Origin: Dehalococcoidia bacterium
Lineage (GTDB): Bacteria; Chloroflexota; Dehalococcoidia; Lucifugimonadales; CATOSD01
Length of the DNA: 64,000 bases
Direction: 5' to 3'
Assembly: GCA_965204815.1 (NCBI GenBank)
Contig: OZ242014.1
Span: forward strand, 3,213,747-3,277,746
The position numbers and the translations under genes are program-made. The notes under the pieces were generated by a model that ran no database searches, was not told the origin of the DNA, and saw nothing but the letters and a program-made list of their open reading frames with translations. Positions within the stretch are counted from its first letter, which is position 1; every line of letters starts with the position of its first letter. Positions 47,695-58,107 of the stretch are shown here, piece by piece.

Positions 47695-48615
47695 TTAGGC
47701 CACGTCTCGGGAGCCGCGCAGGCGCGGGTCGAGGGCGTCGCGCAGGCCGTCGCCGGCGAGGTTGAACGCCAGCACTGTGAGCGTTATCGCCACGCCGGGC
47801 CAGAACATTAGCCAGGGGTTGCGCGACATGTGGTTGCGGGCCTCGCCCATGATGTTGCCCCAGGTCGGGGTGTCGGGGTTGACGCCGACGCCCAGAAAGC
47901 TGAGGCCGGACTCGATGAGAATCGCGAGCGCGGTGATGAAGCTCGCCATGACAATCACGGGGGCAATCATGTTGGGGCGAATGTGGCGCAGCAGGATGCG
48001 CGGCGCGCCGGCGCCGATGGCCCGCGCCGCGTCGACGAACGGCTCGTTGCTGAGGCTGAGCACCGACGAGCGCGCCACGCGGATGGTGCCGGGCGCGAGC
48101 ACGATGCTGAGCGTGGCGATGATGTTGAACACAGTCGCTCCAAGCAGCGTCATAATCGCGATCGCCAGCAGGAACGCCGGCATGGCCATTATGCCATCCA
48201 CGAAGCGCATGATGATCTTGTCCGCGAGCGGATAGTATCCGGTGATGAGCCCCACGGCCACGCCGATAATGGTCGTGACGAAAGCGACGCCGAAGCCCAC
48301 CACCAGCGCCACACGTCCGCCCGACAGGGTCCGCGAGTAGAGGTCGCGGCCGAAGCCATCGGTGCCGAACCAGTGATTCATCGACGGCCCCTGCAGCCTG
48401 TCGGGCACGTTGGGGGCCTTTGGATCGTGAGTCGAGAGCACTGGCGAGAGCACGGCGGTCAGCACCATGAAGGCGAGCAGAGCGCCGGCGGTCGCCATGG
48501 CGGGGTTACGCACCGAGAACCTGAGCGCGGCGCGGAGGTACGTGGACGGCCTGAAGGCGCCGGATGCGACCGATGCGGGCGCGGCGGGGTCCCGCGCTCT
48601 GCCGTGCGTGTTCAT
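47695..48615 (-). CDS. peptide/nickel ABC transporter permease (DppC-like)
   Basis: HWFGTDGFGRD, FVDAARAIGA, ESGLSFLG; start overlaps the upstream stop. Confidence 0.92.
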   Translation of the reverse strand: MNTHGRARDPAAPASVASGAFRPSTYLRAALRFSVRNPAMATAGALLAFMVLTAVLSPVLSTHDPKAPNVPDRLQGPSMNHWFGTDGFGRDLYSRTLSGGRVALVVGFGVAFVTTIIGVAVGLITGYYPLADKIIMRFVDGIMAMPAFLLAIAIMTLLGATVFNIIATLSIVLAPGTIRVARSSVLSLSNEPFVDAARAIGAGAPRILLRHIRPNMIAPVIVMASFITALAILIESGLSFLGVGVNPDTPTWGNIMGEARNHMSRNPWLMFWPGVAITLTVLAFNLAGDGLRDALDPRLRGSRDVA

Positions 48616-49556
48616 GCGTACCGTATTCTGGGGTCGAGGTAGCCGTAGGCCAGGTCGACCAGCATGTTGACGAAGACGTAGATGAGCGTAGCCAGGATCA
48701 GCAGCGCCTGCACGACCGGGTAGTCGCGCACGAGGATGGACTGCGCGATGAGCGCTCCGAGCCCGGGAATCGCGAAGAAGGTCTCGGTGATGATGGCGCC
48801 GTTGAGCAGCGCGGCGACTCCGAGTCCTATGACCGTGAGGATGGGCATGGACGCGTTCTTGAGGGCGTGGCGCAGCACCACCATCTCCTCGGTAAGGCCC
48901 TTGGAGCGGGCGGTGCGGATGTAGTCCTGGCGCATCACCTCCAGCATGGTGGCCCGCGTCATACGGGCTATGAGGGCCACCAGGCTGATGCCCAGCGTCA
49001 CGCACGGCAGCACCAGGTGGCGAGCGTAGGCGGCCAGGCCGTTGTCGAAGCTGGTGTATCCCAGAACCGGGAGTATTCCGAGGTTGAGGCTGAAGAGCCA
49101 GATGGCGAGGAAGGCCAGCCAGAACACGGGCATGGCGAAGCCGATGGAGGCGAAGAGCATAACGGCGCGATCGATCCAGGTGTTGGATTTCCAGGCGGCG
49201 ATAACGCCCAGCGGCACGCCCACCACCACGGCGAACACCTCGCTCACGATGGCGACGACAATGGTGGGCGTCATGCGCTGGCCGATGATTTCGGACACGG
49301 GGACGCGGCTTCCCACGGACTCGCCCAGATCGCCGCGGATCAGCTTGCCGACCCACGTGTAGAACTGGACGTGGATCGGCTTATCGAGGTCGAGCGAGAC
49401 GCGGATAGCCTGCATCTGCTCGGGCGACGCCTGCTCCCCGGCGATAAGCTGGGCTGGATCGCCGGGGGCAAAGCGAAGCAATGCGAAGACGAAGACTACG
49501 ACGAGGATCAGTACGGGTATGGCCGACAGCAGCCTCGTCGCGATGTATCGCTGCAT
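48612..49556 (-). CDS. peptide/nickel ABC transporter permease (DppB-like)
   Basis: PGDPA, GDLGES, DYIRTARSKGL, HALKNA, RDYPVVQ. Confidence 0.93.
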   Translation of the reverse strand: MQRYIATRLLSAIPVLILVVVFVFALLRFAPGDPAQLIAGEQASPEQMQAIRVSLDLDKPIHVQFYTWVGKLIRGDLGESVGSRVPVSEIIGQRMTPTIVVAIVSEVFAVVVGVPLGVIAAWKSNTWIDRAVMLFASIGFAMPVFWLAFLAIWLFSLNLGILPVLGYTSFDNGLAAYARHLVLPCVTLGISLVALIARMTRATMLEVMRQDYIRTARSKGLTEEMVVLRHALKNASMPILTVIGLGVAALLNGAIITETFFAIPGLGALIAQSILVRDYPVVQALLILATLIYVFVNMLVDLAYGYLDPRIRYA

Positions 49557-49562
49557 GGCGTC

Positions 49563-51371
49563 CTATCTTCTGCTGGCGTCCTTCCAATACATGCCGGGGA
49601 AGTACGGGCCGTTCACGATGGTGTGCTGGTAGCCCTCCAGGTCGGCGCTCATGGGGTGCATGAAGAAGAACATGCCCAGCGGGATGTAGGGCGGGTCGTC
49701 GAAGGCCACGCGCTGCATCTCGTCGTAGATTCTTATCTGATCGTCGAACGTGGCCGCCTTGGCAAGCTCGCCCTGGAGGGCGAAGAAGTCGTCGCTCTTC
49801 CAGAATCCGAGCTGGCCGTCGTACTCGAGGAAGCGGTTGGCTATGGGCGAGAAGTGCCAGGTGCTCAGCCAGCTCGTGGAGATATGCCAGTCCCGGTTTT
49901 CGAGCTGCACTTCCCTATCGGCGAGCACGAGCGCGCTGGACGCGGCGGGGTCCACCGGCTTCAGCGTCACGTTGAAGCCCACCGCCTCCATCCTGGGCTT
50001 GAGCAGGGTGGCTATAACGTGGCCGATGCGGAACTGCACCTGGTCCAGCAGGATGATCTCTTCGCCGTCGTAGCCGGCCTCTTCCATGAGGCGCATGGCC
50101 TTCTCGGTGTCCTTCTGGTTGTAGTACTCGGGCGCCACCGACCTGCCGAAGGCGGTGCCGCAGGCCCAGAAGGAGTCGCACAGCGTCCACAGGTCGGGCG
50201 GACCGGCGATGGCGGTCATCATCTCCTCGGGGTCGATGATGGCGGCGATGGCCTGGCGCAGCTTCCTGCCCTCCGGCGAGTTGTCGAGCGGCGGGTACAG
50301 CTTCTGTATCCAGAACAGGGGCTGCCCGCCCGGCTTGGCGAAGTAGAGCTGCAGGTCGGAAACCTGGACGAGGCCGTCGTAGAAGTCGGTGTCGATAGAG
50401 TGGAGGAAGTCCACCTCGCCGTTCTGGATCGCGGCCACGCGAACTTCCTGGTCCGGGATCTCGGTGGCGTCCAGCACGTCGAAATAGGCGATCTTGGCGC
50501 CGGATGTGCTGTCGCCCGGCTCGTCGCGGGGCACGTAGTTTTCGAACCTTTCGAGCCGCAGCTTGTGAGTGACCTGCCACTCGGCGAAGATGTATGGACC
50601 GGACCCGACGTGAGTGATCACCGGCTCGCTGCCGGGGATCATCGCCTCGTCGATGGGATGGATCACGGGTACGGGGCCGTCGCCCTTGCCGAGGGCGGGA
50701 ATGAAGACGCCGTTGGGCTCGCTGAACTCGAACAGCATCGTCTTGTCGTCCACCTTCTCCGCCCGGGTCAGGGTGGGGTTGATGAACGGGCCGTAGGAGT
50801 CGGCGTTGCGCCAGCGGTCGAACGAGGCGAGCACGTCCTCGACGGTGACGGGGCGGCCGTCGTGGAAAGACTGGCCGTCGCGCAGGGTCAGCACGAATCG
50901 CTTGCCGCCGTCCTCGACGGACCAGGTGTCGAGCGCCTGCGGGTGCAGTGCGCCGTCCTTATCCCAGGCCAGCAGCGTGTCGTAGACCATGAACGACAGA
51001 CCGTTAACGAGGGCCAGGCTGCTGGTGGGATCGGTGGTGGTGAAGCTGTGAGAGGGCACCCACCTGAGCGTGCCGCCGTACTTGTCGTCGACGGACGGCT
51101 CCGGCATGGCGACCGCGGCGGCCTGGGTGGGGGTCGCCTGGGGCGCGGGCGCGACGGCGGGCGCCGCTGTCGGCGCGGGCACGGGCGTCGGGTCGGGCTG
51201 CGCGGGCAACACGCCGCCCAGCGAGGGCGTGGGGGCGGCGGGAGGCGTCGCGGTGGGGGTAGGCGCGGCCGGTTCCTCCGCCGATCCGCAGGCCACCGCA
51301 AGCACGGACAGGAGCAGCACGGTCCCCACAATCCACAGCGCCTTGAGTTGCGTGCGTCTGAGTGAAATCAC
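49563..51371 (-). CDS. peptide ABC transporter substrate-binding lipoprotein (family 5)
   Basis: Lipobox AVAC, Pro/Thr linker, YGGTL, YDTL, FHDGRPVTVEDV, GSGPY. Confidence 0.9.
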   Translation of the reverse strand: MISLRRTQLKALWIVGTVLLLSVLAVACGSAEEPAAPTPTATPPAAPTPSLGGVLPAQPDPTPVPAPTAAPAVAPAPQATPTQAAAVAMPEPSVDDKYGGTLRWVPSHSFTTTDPTSSLALVNGLSFMVYDTLLAWDKDGALHPQALDTWSVEDGGKRFVLTLRDGQSFHDGRPVTVEDVLASFDRWRNADSYGPFINPTLTRAEKVDDKTMLFEFSEPNGVFIPALGKGDGPVPVIHPIDEAMIPGSEPVITHVGSGPYIFAEWQVTHKLRLERFENYVPRDEPGDSTSGAKIAYFDVLDATEIPDQEVRVAAIQNGEVDFLHSIDTDFYDGLVQVSDLQLYFAKPGGQPLFWIQKLYPPLDNSPEGRKLRQAIAAIIDPEEMMTAIAGPPDLWTLCDSFWACGTAFGRSVAPEYYNQKDTEKAMRLMEEAGYDGEEIILLDQVQFRIGHVIATLLKPRMEAVGFNVTLKPVDPAASSALVLADREVQLENRDWHISTSWLSTWHFSPIANRFLEYDGQLGFWKSDDFFALQGELAKAATFDDQIRIYDEMQRVAFDDPPYIPLGMFFFMHPMSADLEGYQHTIVNGPYFPGMYWKDASRR

Positions 51372-51461
51372 TGCATCCTCTCCTTGCGCCTGCGGCGCGT
51401 CCACGTCGCTTTGGCAGATCGCATCCACCCGGCCACGGCGAACTGCGCCTCTCTTTGGCGA

Positions 51462-51490
51462 AGTGTACTTCTCACAGGGGTTACAGTCAA
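51462..51490 (-). promoter_or_regulatory. sigma70 promoter of the ABC operon
   Basis: TTGACT-17 nt-TACACT on the minus strand. Confidence 0.6.
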
Positions 51491-51660
51491 ACTGATCGCG
51501 AGGAGACGGCGGTGGAACAAAAGACCCGGAAAGAAGTGTCCCATTCCGTTCACTTTGTTCCAGTCCGTAGCTGGGAAACCTCGGATCTGGGGCGTCCGGC
51601 AGGTCTCGTGGGGCCGGCTACGGGAAGGAGCGCCTGAGGAGGCGGCCCTTCAATGAGAAG

Positions 51661-51689
51661 ATAATAGCACGAATGTACGGTCATATCAA
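51661..51689 (-). promoter_or_regulatory. sigma70-type promoter with palindromic spacer (element copy C)
   Basis: TTGATA-17 nt-TATTAT containing GTACATTCGTGC abutting the -10. Confidence 0.6.
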
Positions 51690-51700
51690 TGGGGGGTGGC

Positions 51701-52129
51701 TCACACGGCGGTGACTTCGACTTTGAGCGAGAGGCCCACCACCCGGAGTGCTCTGTGAAGCTGGCCGATGCGGGAGTTGTGCTCCGGGTTGGTCAGCTTG
51801 CGCGCGGCGGCCTCGCTGACGCCCAGCCGATTGGCGAGCTCGACCTTGGTAATGCGTTGCGCCCGCATGGCCGAGTAGAGGGCGAGCTTTGCCGCGACGA
51901 CGCTGGGCACCGGCACGTAGGTGTGGCCGTCCGTCGCGCTGCTGGGAGTCGGGATGTCTCTCTTGTCGAGTACGTATCCCGTAAGGGCAGTGGCAAGCGC
52001 GTCTTCGGCCATTGCCAGAGCCTCATCCCGGTCGGCACCGCCGGTGATAGCCTCGGGCACGTCGGGGAAAGTGACTACAAGACCACCTTCTTCGTCCGGC
52101 GTGAGCTCGCATGGATAGGCGTACATCAT
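51701..52129 (-). CDS. hicB: HicB family antitoxin
   Basis: LVVTFPDVPEAITGG...EALAMAEDAL, IPTPS, C-terminal HTH. Confidence 0.92.
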   Translation of the reverse strand: MMYAYPCELTPDEEGGLVVTFPDVPEAITGGADRDEALAMAEDALATALTGYVLDKRDIPTPSSATDGHTYVPVPSVVAAKLALYSAMRAQRITKVELANRLGVSEAAARKLTNPEHNSRIGQLHRALRVVGLSLKVEVTAV

Positions 52130-52132
52130 TGC

Positions 52133-52339
52133 TCAGAACTCCCTTTGGTCGATATCCAGTTGGCGTAGCATCGCCGCGAGCAGGCCCTTGCTCAGTTCGC
52201 CGCGTTTTATCGTGGCAAACCGTGCGCCTACATAGACCCTGCCGTGACTGCCCTTGCCGTGCGAGGGATCGAAACGGAAAGACTTCCCGGTTCTGCGGGC
52301 ATATTGCCGCGCCCGCCCGATGAACTCACGGCTGGTCAT
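52133..52339 (-). CDS. hicA: HicA family toxin
   Basis: GKGSHG, ELSKGLLAAMLRQLDI; 68 aa, directly upstream of hicB. Confidence 0.87.
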   Translation of the reverse strand: MTSREFIGRARQYARRTGKSFRFDPSHGKGSHGRVYVGARFATIKRGELSKGLLAAMLRQLDIDQREF

Positions 52340-52482
52340 AAGATCATTGTCGCACCTTAATGTACGGATAGCAACGGAATCTGGGAGGAAGGGACTGAGA
52401 CGCGCGGGTTGTGTTAAGGTTCGGCCTGTAGCGCGAGGCGCGCCATAGACGGCGCGCAAGGAGCATCGGGGAGGGAGCAGAT

Positions 52483-53877
52483 ATGGATGAACTGACGTAT
52501 CGTTCGGCGAAGAGTATCGCGCAGGCGATTCGGGACAAGTCCGTGTCGGTGAGGGAGGTGGTGGACGCGCATCTGCGCCGGATCGAGGAGGTGAACCCGG
52601 TCATCAATGCCGTGGTGCAACTGGCGCCGGAGCGGGCGGAGGCGGAGGCGCGGGAGCTGGACGACGCGCTCGCGCGGGGCGAGGTGATGGGTCCACTGCA
52701 CGGCGTGCCCATCACGATGAAGGACTCGTTCGACACGGAGGGGATCGTGTCCACGGGCGGCACGCTGGGCCGCGCTAACTACGTGCCGGACCAGGACGCG
52801 ACGCCGGTGGCGCGGCTGCGGGCCGCGGGCGCGGTGCTGCTGGGCAAGACGAACACGCCGGAGCTGACGATGGCGGCGGAGACGGACAACCTGGTGTACG
52901 GACGCACAAACAATCCGTTCGACGTGTCCCGCACGCCGGGGGGCAGCAGCGGAGGCGGGGCGGCCATCATCACGGCGGGAGGCTCGCCGCTGGACCTGGG
53001 CACCGACACGGGTGGCAGCATCCGGTTCCCGTCCCACTACTGCGGCATCGCGGGCCTCAAGCCAACCACCGGGCGGGTGCCGCGCACGGGCCACATCATC
53101 GGACCCGACATGGGCGCCGCGCAGGCGCTGACCGTGGTCGGTCCGATGGCGCGGTACGTGGAGGACCTGGATCTGGCGTTTCCCATCATCGCCGGCCCCG
53201 ACTACCGCGACCCGCACATCGTGCCTGTGCCGATTGGCGACCCGGGCGAGGTGGACCTGTCCAGTCTACGGGTGGCGTACTACACCGAGGCGGCGGGCGC
53301 GACTCCGACGCCGGAGACGGCGCGTGCGGTGCAGGACGCGGCGGCCGCGCTGGCGGACGCGGGGGCGACCGTGTCGGAAGAGTCGCCGTCGGCGCTGGAC
53401 GCCGTGCAGGTCAGCTTCCTGGCGCTCATCGGCGCGGACGGCTTTGCGTGGGGCGACCGGCTGCTGGAGCGGTCGGGCACGACGCGGGAGCACTACTGGA
53501 TTACGATGTGGAAGGAGATGGCGCAGCCGCTGGGCACGGGCGATTACACGGCGTTGCTGGAGGAGTTGGACCGGCTCAGGGCCGACATGATCGCGTTCAT
53601 GGAGACGCGCGACCTGATAGTGTGTCCCATCTCGGCGGGGCCGGCGCTGCTTCACGGCGCGTCTTACGACGAGGAGCACATGCGCGGGCTGGGCTACTCG
53701 GGCGTGTACAACCTGACGGGCTGGCCGTCGGCGATAGTGCGCGTGGGCACGTCGCCGGAGGGTCTACCGATAGGGGTGCAGATGGTGGCGCGCCCGTGGC
53801 GTGAGGACGTGTCGCTGGCGGCGGCGCGGGTGCTGGAGGGGGCGTTCGGGGGATGGCGCGCGCCGGGCGGGGTGTGA
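52483..53877 (+). CDS. amidase signature enzyme
   Basis: GPLHGVPITMKD, GKTNTPE, GGSSGG, DTGGSIR. Confidence 0.95.
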   Translation: MDELTYRSAKSIAQAIRDKSVSVREVVDAHLRRIEEVNPVINAVVQLAPERAEAEARELDDALARGEVMGPLHGVPITMKDSFDTEGIVSTGGTLGRANYVPDQDATPVARLRAAGAVLLGKTNTPELTMAAETDNLVYGRTNNPFDVSRTPGGSSGGGAAIITAGGSPLDLGTDTGGSIRFPSHYCGIAGLKPTTGRVPRTGHIIGPDMGAAQALTVVGPMARYVEDLDLAFPIIAGPDYRDPHIVPVPIGDPGEVDLSSLRVAYYTEAAGATPTPETARAVQDAAAALADAGATVSEESPSALDAVQVSFLALIGADGFAWGDRLLERSGTTREHYWITMWKEMAQPLGTGDYTALLEELDRLRADMIAFMETRDLIVCPISAGPALLHGASYDEEHMRGLGYSGVYNLTGWPSAIVRVGTSPEGLPIGVQMVARPWREDVSLAAARVLEGAFGGWRAPGGV

Positions 53878-53926
53878 GGGGGTACACACCTAAAACGGCG
53901 GACCGTCGCTTGACATGTTCCCACCT

Positions 53927-54868
53927 TCAGGCACCTTGTTTAGGGCCTAGGAACTCGTCCCCGTCAAAGTGGATCAGGTGGTCGGGAATCTCAGCTATCC
54001 AGACTTCGGTTTCCCATGCGATCTTTTCGATATGTTGCTTGAATTGCCGGAAGTCCGGGAAAGCGCTGACATACAGGCGCGAAGCGATGCAATCCCTGAG
54101 CACGACTTCCATTTCCTCGACCCGCTTGGGAGTCACCGGCCCGTGAGACGTAACCGCCTCCACTAGAAAGAGGCGATTTCGCTCCTCGACATAGAGCACC
54201 ACGTCCGGCAGCTTGTCGTGTTCGGTGAGTGAAACGCCGAGCCGAGTCAGCTTCTCCCTGTCCAAGTGCAGGAGTTTATTGGCGGTGTCACCCAGGTACA
54301 ACAGAGTCGAGCCAGGGGCGAACCTCGGACCGAAGTCCATCACAACCTGGGCCTGCAACCTGTTGTGCTTCCCAGGGGAAAGCCGAATTTCTTTCCCTTC
54401 CGATGTACGCACGGGTATCTCGCGCATCCTGCGCCGCCTCTCGTACATCTCCAGCAGAGCGCCATGACTGGAACGGAAGGCGCGCAATTCTGATTTCCAG
54501 CCGCCGGTCTGGTACAGCCGCAGCACATCAAGCGCTTCGTCGGTCAGGCCGTAATGTGTCTTGGGGCTGTTAGTAGGAAGGTCGGGGTCGTCCGGGTTGC
54601 GGTCTACCACGCGCGCCTGCTCCAACTGGTGGATGACTTGACGCCGAACCGCCTCCCGGGTGTTCTCAGCATACTCCCGGCCATAGGCGTCTCGCATGAA
54701 TCCCAGTATCTGGTGGATAGTGAGTGAAGGCTTGGAAGCCCCGCTCCAAGGGTCATCTTCACCCAGACCGGTGAGAGCCAAGAGGGTTAGGCAAGATATG
54801 TCGTTCCGCTGAGCCGGAGGCAGTCCCAGTTGCTCCAGAATGTCCCGAGCCTCGTCAATCTTGCTCAT
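53927..54868 (-). CDS. BsuBI/PstI family type II restriction endonuclease
   Basis: YAENTREAVRR, LSPGKHN, HDKLPDVV, EAVTSHGP, IAWETEVW, HLIHFDG. Confidence 0.93.
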   Translation of the reverse strand: MSKIDEARDILEQLGLPPAQRNDISCLTLLALTGLGEDDPWSGASKPSLTIHQILGFMRDAYGREYAENTREAVRRQVIHQLEQARVVDRNPDDPDLPTNSPKTHYGLTDEALDVLRLYQTGGWKSELRAFRSSHGALLEMYERRRRMREIPVRTSEGKEIRLSPGKHNRLQAQVVMDFGPRFAPGSTLLYLGDTANKLLHLDREKLTRLGVSLTEHDKLPDVVLYVEERNRLFLVEAVTSHGPVTPKRVEEMEVVLRDCIASRLYVSAFPDFRQFKQHIEKIAWETEVWIAEIPDHLIHFDGDEFLGPKQGA

Positions 54869-56565
54869 ACCACTGCAGACTCTGGACCGGCGCACAGTTC
54901 AGAAGATATGCCGAGGGTTCCGGCGACAAGAGCGTCAAGGTCGCAAAGTTCCGTCCCGATCCCAGGTTGGGCCTTGACCGCCGTCCCGATTGAGCGAATG
55001 TCGCGCTCATGCGGCAGCGGCAGGGCGCGCAATTCGGTGGCGCTGACCTGGGTGTTTCCATTCGATATTCGGAAGTAGCGGTCCAGGAACGCCGAATTGA
55101 AGATCGCCGAGAGACCGTAGGCTGATTCCTCATCCAATTCTCTCGAATCGCCTCGAACATAGTTCAGATGATTCTCCAGCCCCATCACGCCAAAACCCAG
55201 GGAACCTCGAATTAGGGGTGCTGACACTAACCGGCGCTTCTCTTCCTTCACGCTGAAGCGGCGGAGAAGGACATAAGTCTCATCTCCCAATAGAAGCTTG
55301 GTGGATTCAGGCACGGCCTTGATCCATTGTGGCTTCTCCTTTGCCGTCGATGGCCAAGTCGTTCTCATAGGGCGGACATGGTGCATCCACAATAGAGGAG
55401 CCGGTGAGTCGCTCGGTCGAGTGTGGGACAGGAACTGAGTTGCTCTGAACGGAACGACGGGGCCGGTGGAGACCTTCAAGCCGAGAGAGCGGAGCGTGTT
55501 CGGCCAAGTCCGCAAGACTTGTACCAGTTTCACATCCTCCTCGCATAGAGGGATGGACAATTCCCTGTTTTCACTCGCCAAATCCATCACCGAGTCGAAG
55601 TCCACCAGCAGGTGGCGGCGTTCGGCGAGATCGTGAGCCGCCTTGCTATGGGACACGAGCACCTGACGCTCGCCCCCGGTCTTGTCTTCCGTCCGCCTCT
55701 GGGCCATGATTACGACGTTTTCCTGGAGCACGGACTGGTTCTTGAATACGTCCTTCCTAGACTCGAAGAGATGGATGGACTTTGGATCTACGCGTCGGAA
55801 GAATATCTCCCTGAATCTCCTGAAGTACGGCCCTGACGCGAAGCTCCTTGGCACGATGTACACCAGCTCCCCGACCGGCGATAGTAGTTCGGCGGATATC
55901 GCCATGAAGAGTGCGTATATATTGGGCTGTCCATGAACCACAGGCGCCCAAGCGACAGCCCTCGGATCGTTCTTGGCTATCTTGAAATACGGTGGATTGG
56001 AAATCACCAAGTCGTACTCGGCACGGAATCCATCGTTGACGTCATAACCGTTGGCATCCGACGCGACTCTGAGTTGTGGCGCGTACTCCAGTACGAAATC
56101 CCTGTTTCTGACATCGAAGGTCAATTCTATATCTCGTCGCGCAAGCCAGTCGCGCGAAAAGGCAAGGGTGAGACTAGTGAGGCGCGCCAGCAAAGGATCG
56201 GTCTCAAAGGCGTCGATATGCAGACTCTTGACGCTTTCCACATTCGCCGCTACTTCGCACGTCGCAGCGGACAGAATTCCCGTTCCGCTCCCCGGGTCCA
56301 ACACACGCACGTGCGGCCCTGCGTGCGAAGAGCGTTCCGCCATAAACCTAGCGATTGGGACCGGCGTCAGATAGTGACCGCCGCTCTTTCGTCGACTGCG
56401 TCCTGAGTACCCCAGATAGGACTCTCCGAGAACCTCGGCATATTCCACCGGCGTGGAACATGCCTCAGGGCTGGGCAGACTCAGACCAGTGGGGAAGGGA
56501 GCGACGGGCGTATGTAAAGTCTCTCCGCTCAATACATCAGTTTCTGGAAATTCCCTATTCGACAT
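54865..56565 (-). CDS. N6-adenine DNA methyltransferase (Eco57I-domain, BsuBI/PstI partner)
   Basis: LDPGSGTG, NPPY, GPYFRRFR, STGPVVPFR, ENHLN, GNTQVSATEL. Confidence 0.92.
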   Translation of the reverse strand: MSNREFPETDVLSGETLHTPVAPFPTGLSLPSPEACSTPVEYAEVLGESYLGYSGRSRRKSGGHYLTPVPIARFMAERSSHAGPHVRVLDPGSGTGILSAATCEVAANVESVKSLHIDAFETDPLLARLTSLTLAFSRDWLARRDIELTFDVRNRDFVLEYAPQLRVASDANGYDVNDGFRAEYDLVISNPPYFKIAKNDPRAVAWAPVVHGQPNIYALFMAISAELLSPVGELVYIVPRSFASGPYFRRFREIFFRRVDPKSIHLFESRKDVFKNQSVLQENVVIMAQRRTEDKTGGERQVLVSHSKAAHDLAERRHLLVDFDSVMDLASENRELSIPLCEEDVKLVQVLRTWPNTLRSLGLKVSTGPVVPFRATQFLSHTRPSDSPAPLLWMHHVRPMRTTWPSTAKEKPQWIKAVPESTKLLLGDETYVLLRRFSVKEEKRRLVSAPLIRGSLGFGVMGLENHLNYVRGDSRELDEESAYGLSAIFNSAFLDRYFRISNGNTQVSATELRALPLPHERDIRSIGTAVKAQPGIGTELCDLDALVAGTLGISSELCAGPESAVV

Positions 56566-56722
56566 CGTTCGTTAGGACGGGTGGACAATCCTTGCAACGG
56601 TGGACGAGACTTACTTTATGAGCGTACACATGTTCGCACATCCTGATCGTCGCCGTCAACCCACACATTTGACACTGCGCCAGCCCAGCGCAGTGGACGA
56701 GGAATTCGGAATGACTACTGCG

Positions 56723-56830
56723 CTACCCACGCTTGCGCGCCACCGCGCGGCGGGCGGCTTGGGCTACGTCGGCGGCGGTGAGGTGATACTTGGCCATGAG
56801 GGCGTCGGGGGCGCCGGCCGGGGTGTAGCC
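56723..56830 (-). repeat. displaced diverged copy of the transketolase 3' end
   Basis: Encodes GYTPAGAPDALMAKYHLTAADVAQAARRAVARKRG* versus GYAESGAPDALMAKYHLTAADVAQAARRAVARKAV* at 59062-59169. Confidence 0.95.
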
Positions 56831-57299
56831 ACTGAGAAGGTTCAGTCTCGGAATGAGAAGAGCGGCAAGAGCTCATCCCGTATGTAGTTCACGTCGTCGC
56901 GGTCTATTCCCACGTACAGCCCCTCATCGGTTGAGGATACCCAATCGAAAAAGCCGGCGGCGTCTTCAACATCTCTGAGAGTAAGCTTCAACGAATTGGT
57001 CCTGCCGTACTCATCACGCTGCTCGACAGTTATCCTGCCTTGATCCAACAGGTAATCCAAGAACTCTTCCACATCCACTGTGTCAATCTTAACGCGGGTG
57101 ACGTTGCCGCTCCCATCAGTCACGACGGTCTCCAGACTGCCATCGCTAATGACAACATAATTGGCCTCACCCGGAGACCCTGCGTAACCAGTGCCAGACT
57201 CTAGTAAGGACTCATCAAAATTTCTAAGTATGCGACGATCTAAATGTCCTTTGTTTATACCGAACTGTTTGTCCAGATAATTTTCACCTTTGGACTCTA

Positions 57300-58107
57300 G
57301 GTAGTGTTGACATTTCATCTTAGCCATATGAGAGCGCCGACGAAGTGGAGAAATCCAAGGTATCTATCCGCCAGCTTGTCGAATCGGGAGAAGATGTGGC
57401 GGTAGTGCTTGATCTTGCCTATGAAGCACTCAACGAGATGCCGCTCCCGGTACAGATACTCATCGTATGAGGGTGGCTCCCTGCGGTTCGAGCGAGGCGG
57501 GATCACCGGGGTAGCCTCGTTGCCGATGATCGACTCACGAAACTGACGGGAGTCATATGCGCGGTCTGCAATCACATACTCGCTCTCCATACCCCACACG
57601 AGCGCCTCGGCCTGAGTGACATCGTGCTCCTGTCCTGCGGTCAGCGTATACCTCAAGGGATTGCCGAGGCCATCGACAGCCACGTGGACCTTCGTAGTGA
57701 ACCCACCTCGGCTTCGACCGAGGGCTTGAGATGCTTGACCACCCTTTTTTTGGGTGCGCCCGCAGCCGAATGATGGGCCCGGACTATGGTACTGTCGATT
57801 ATCAGGTGCTCCATGTCAGGATCATCGGCGAAATGCTGATGCATTCGCTCCCATACTCCGTTCTCACACCATCGGCCGAACCGCTTGTAGACGCTGTTCC
57901 ATTTCCCATACTCGGAAGGCAGTAGCCTCCATGACGCGCCAGACCTGCTCATCCACATGATAGCCTCGATGAACCGCTCACAGTCGGCCTCCTGTCCGAC
58001 ATACACGTCTGGCTGGCTACGAAGGAACTCCAACACCCGTGACCATTGCTCTGGAGATAGGTTAACTGTTGACATATACCCAGTATAATGCAAATGTCAA
58101 CACTACC
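57300..58107 (-). mobile_element. IS5-family insertion sequence, complete
   Basis: Perfect 16-bp terminal IRs GGTAGTGTTGACATTT; TA duplication at 57298-57299 and 58108-58109. Confidence 0.93.
57315..58075 (-). CDS. IS5 transposase, two ORFs probably joined by a -1 frameshift
   Basis: orfA WRLLPSEYGKWNSVYKRF, IDSTIVRAH; A7 slippery run at about 57745-57751; orfB ADRAYDS, YRERHLVECF. Confidence 0.88.

Noticed and set aside
51672-52367. 9-bp direct repeat AATGTACGG flanking hicAB
   Set aside because: Short, and both copies fall in promoter spacers; no terminal IRs, so not supportable as a target duplication
56673-56695. Hairpin CACTGCGC/GCGCAGTG after the displaced transketolase tail
   Set aside because: No U-tract on either strand; function unclear
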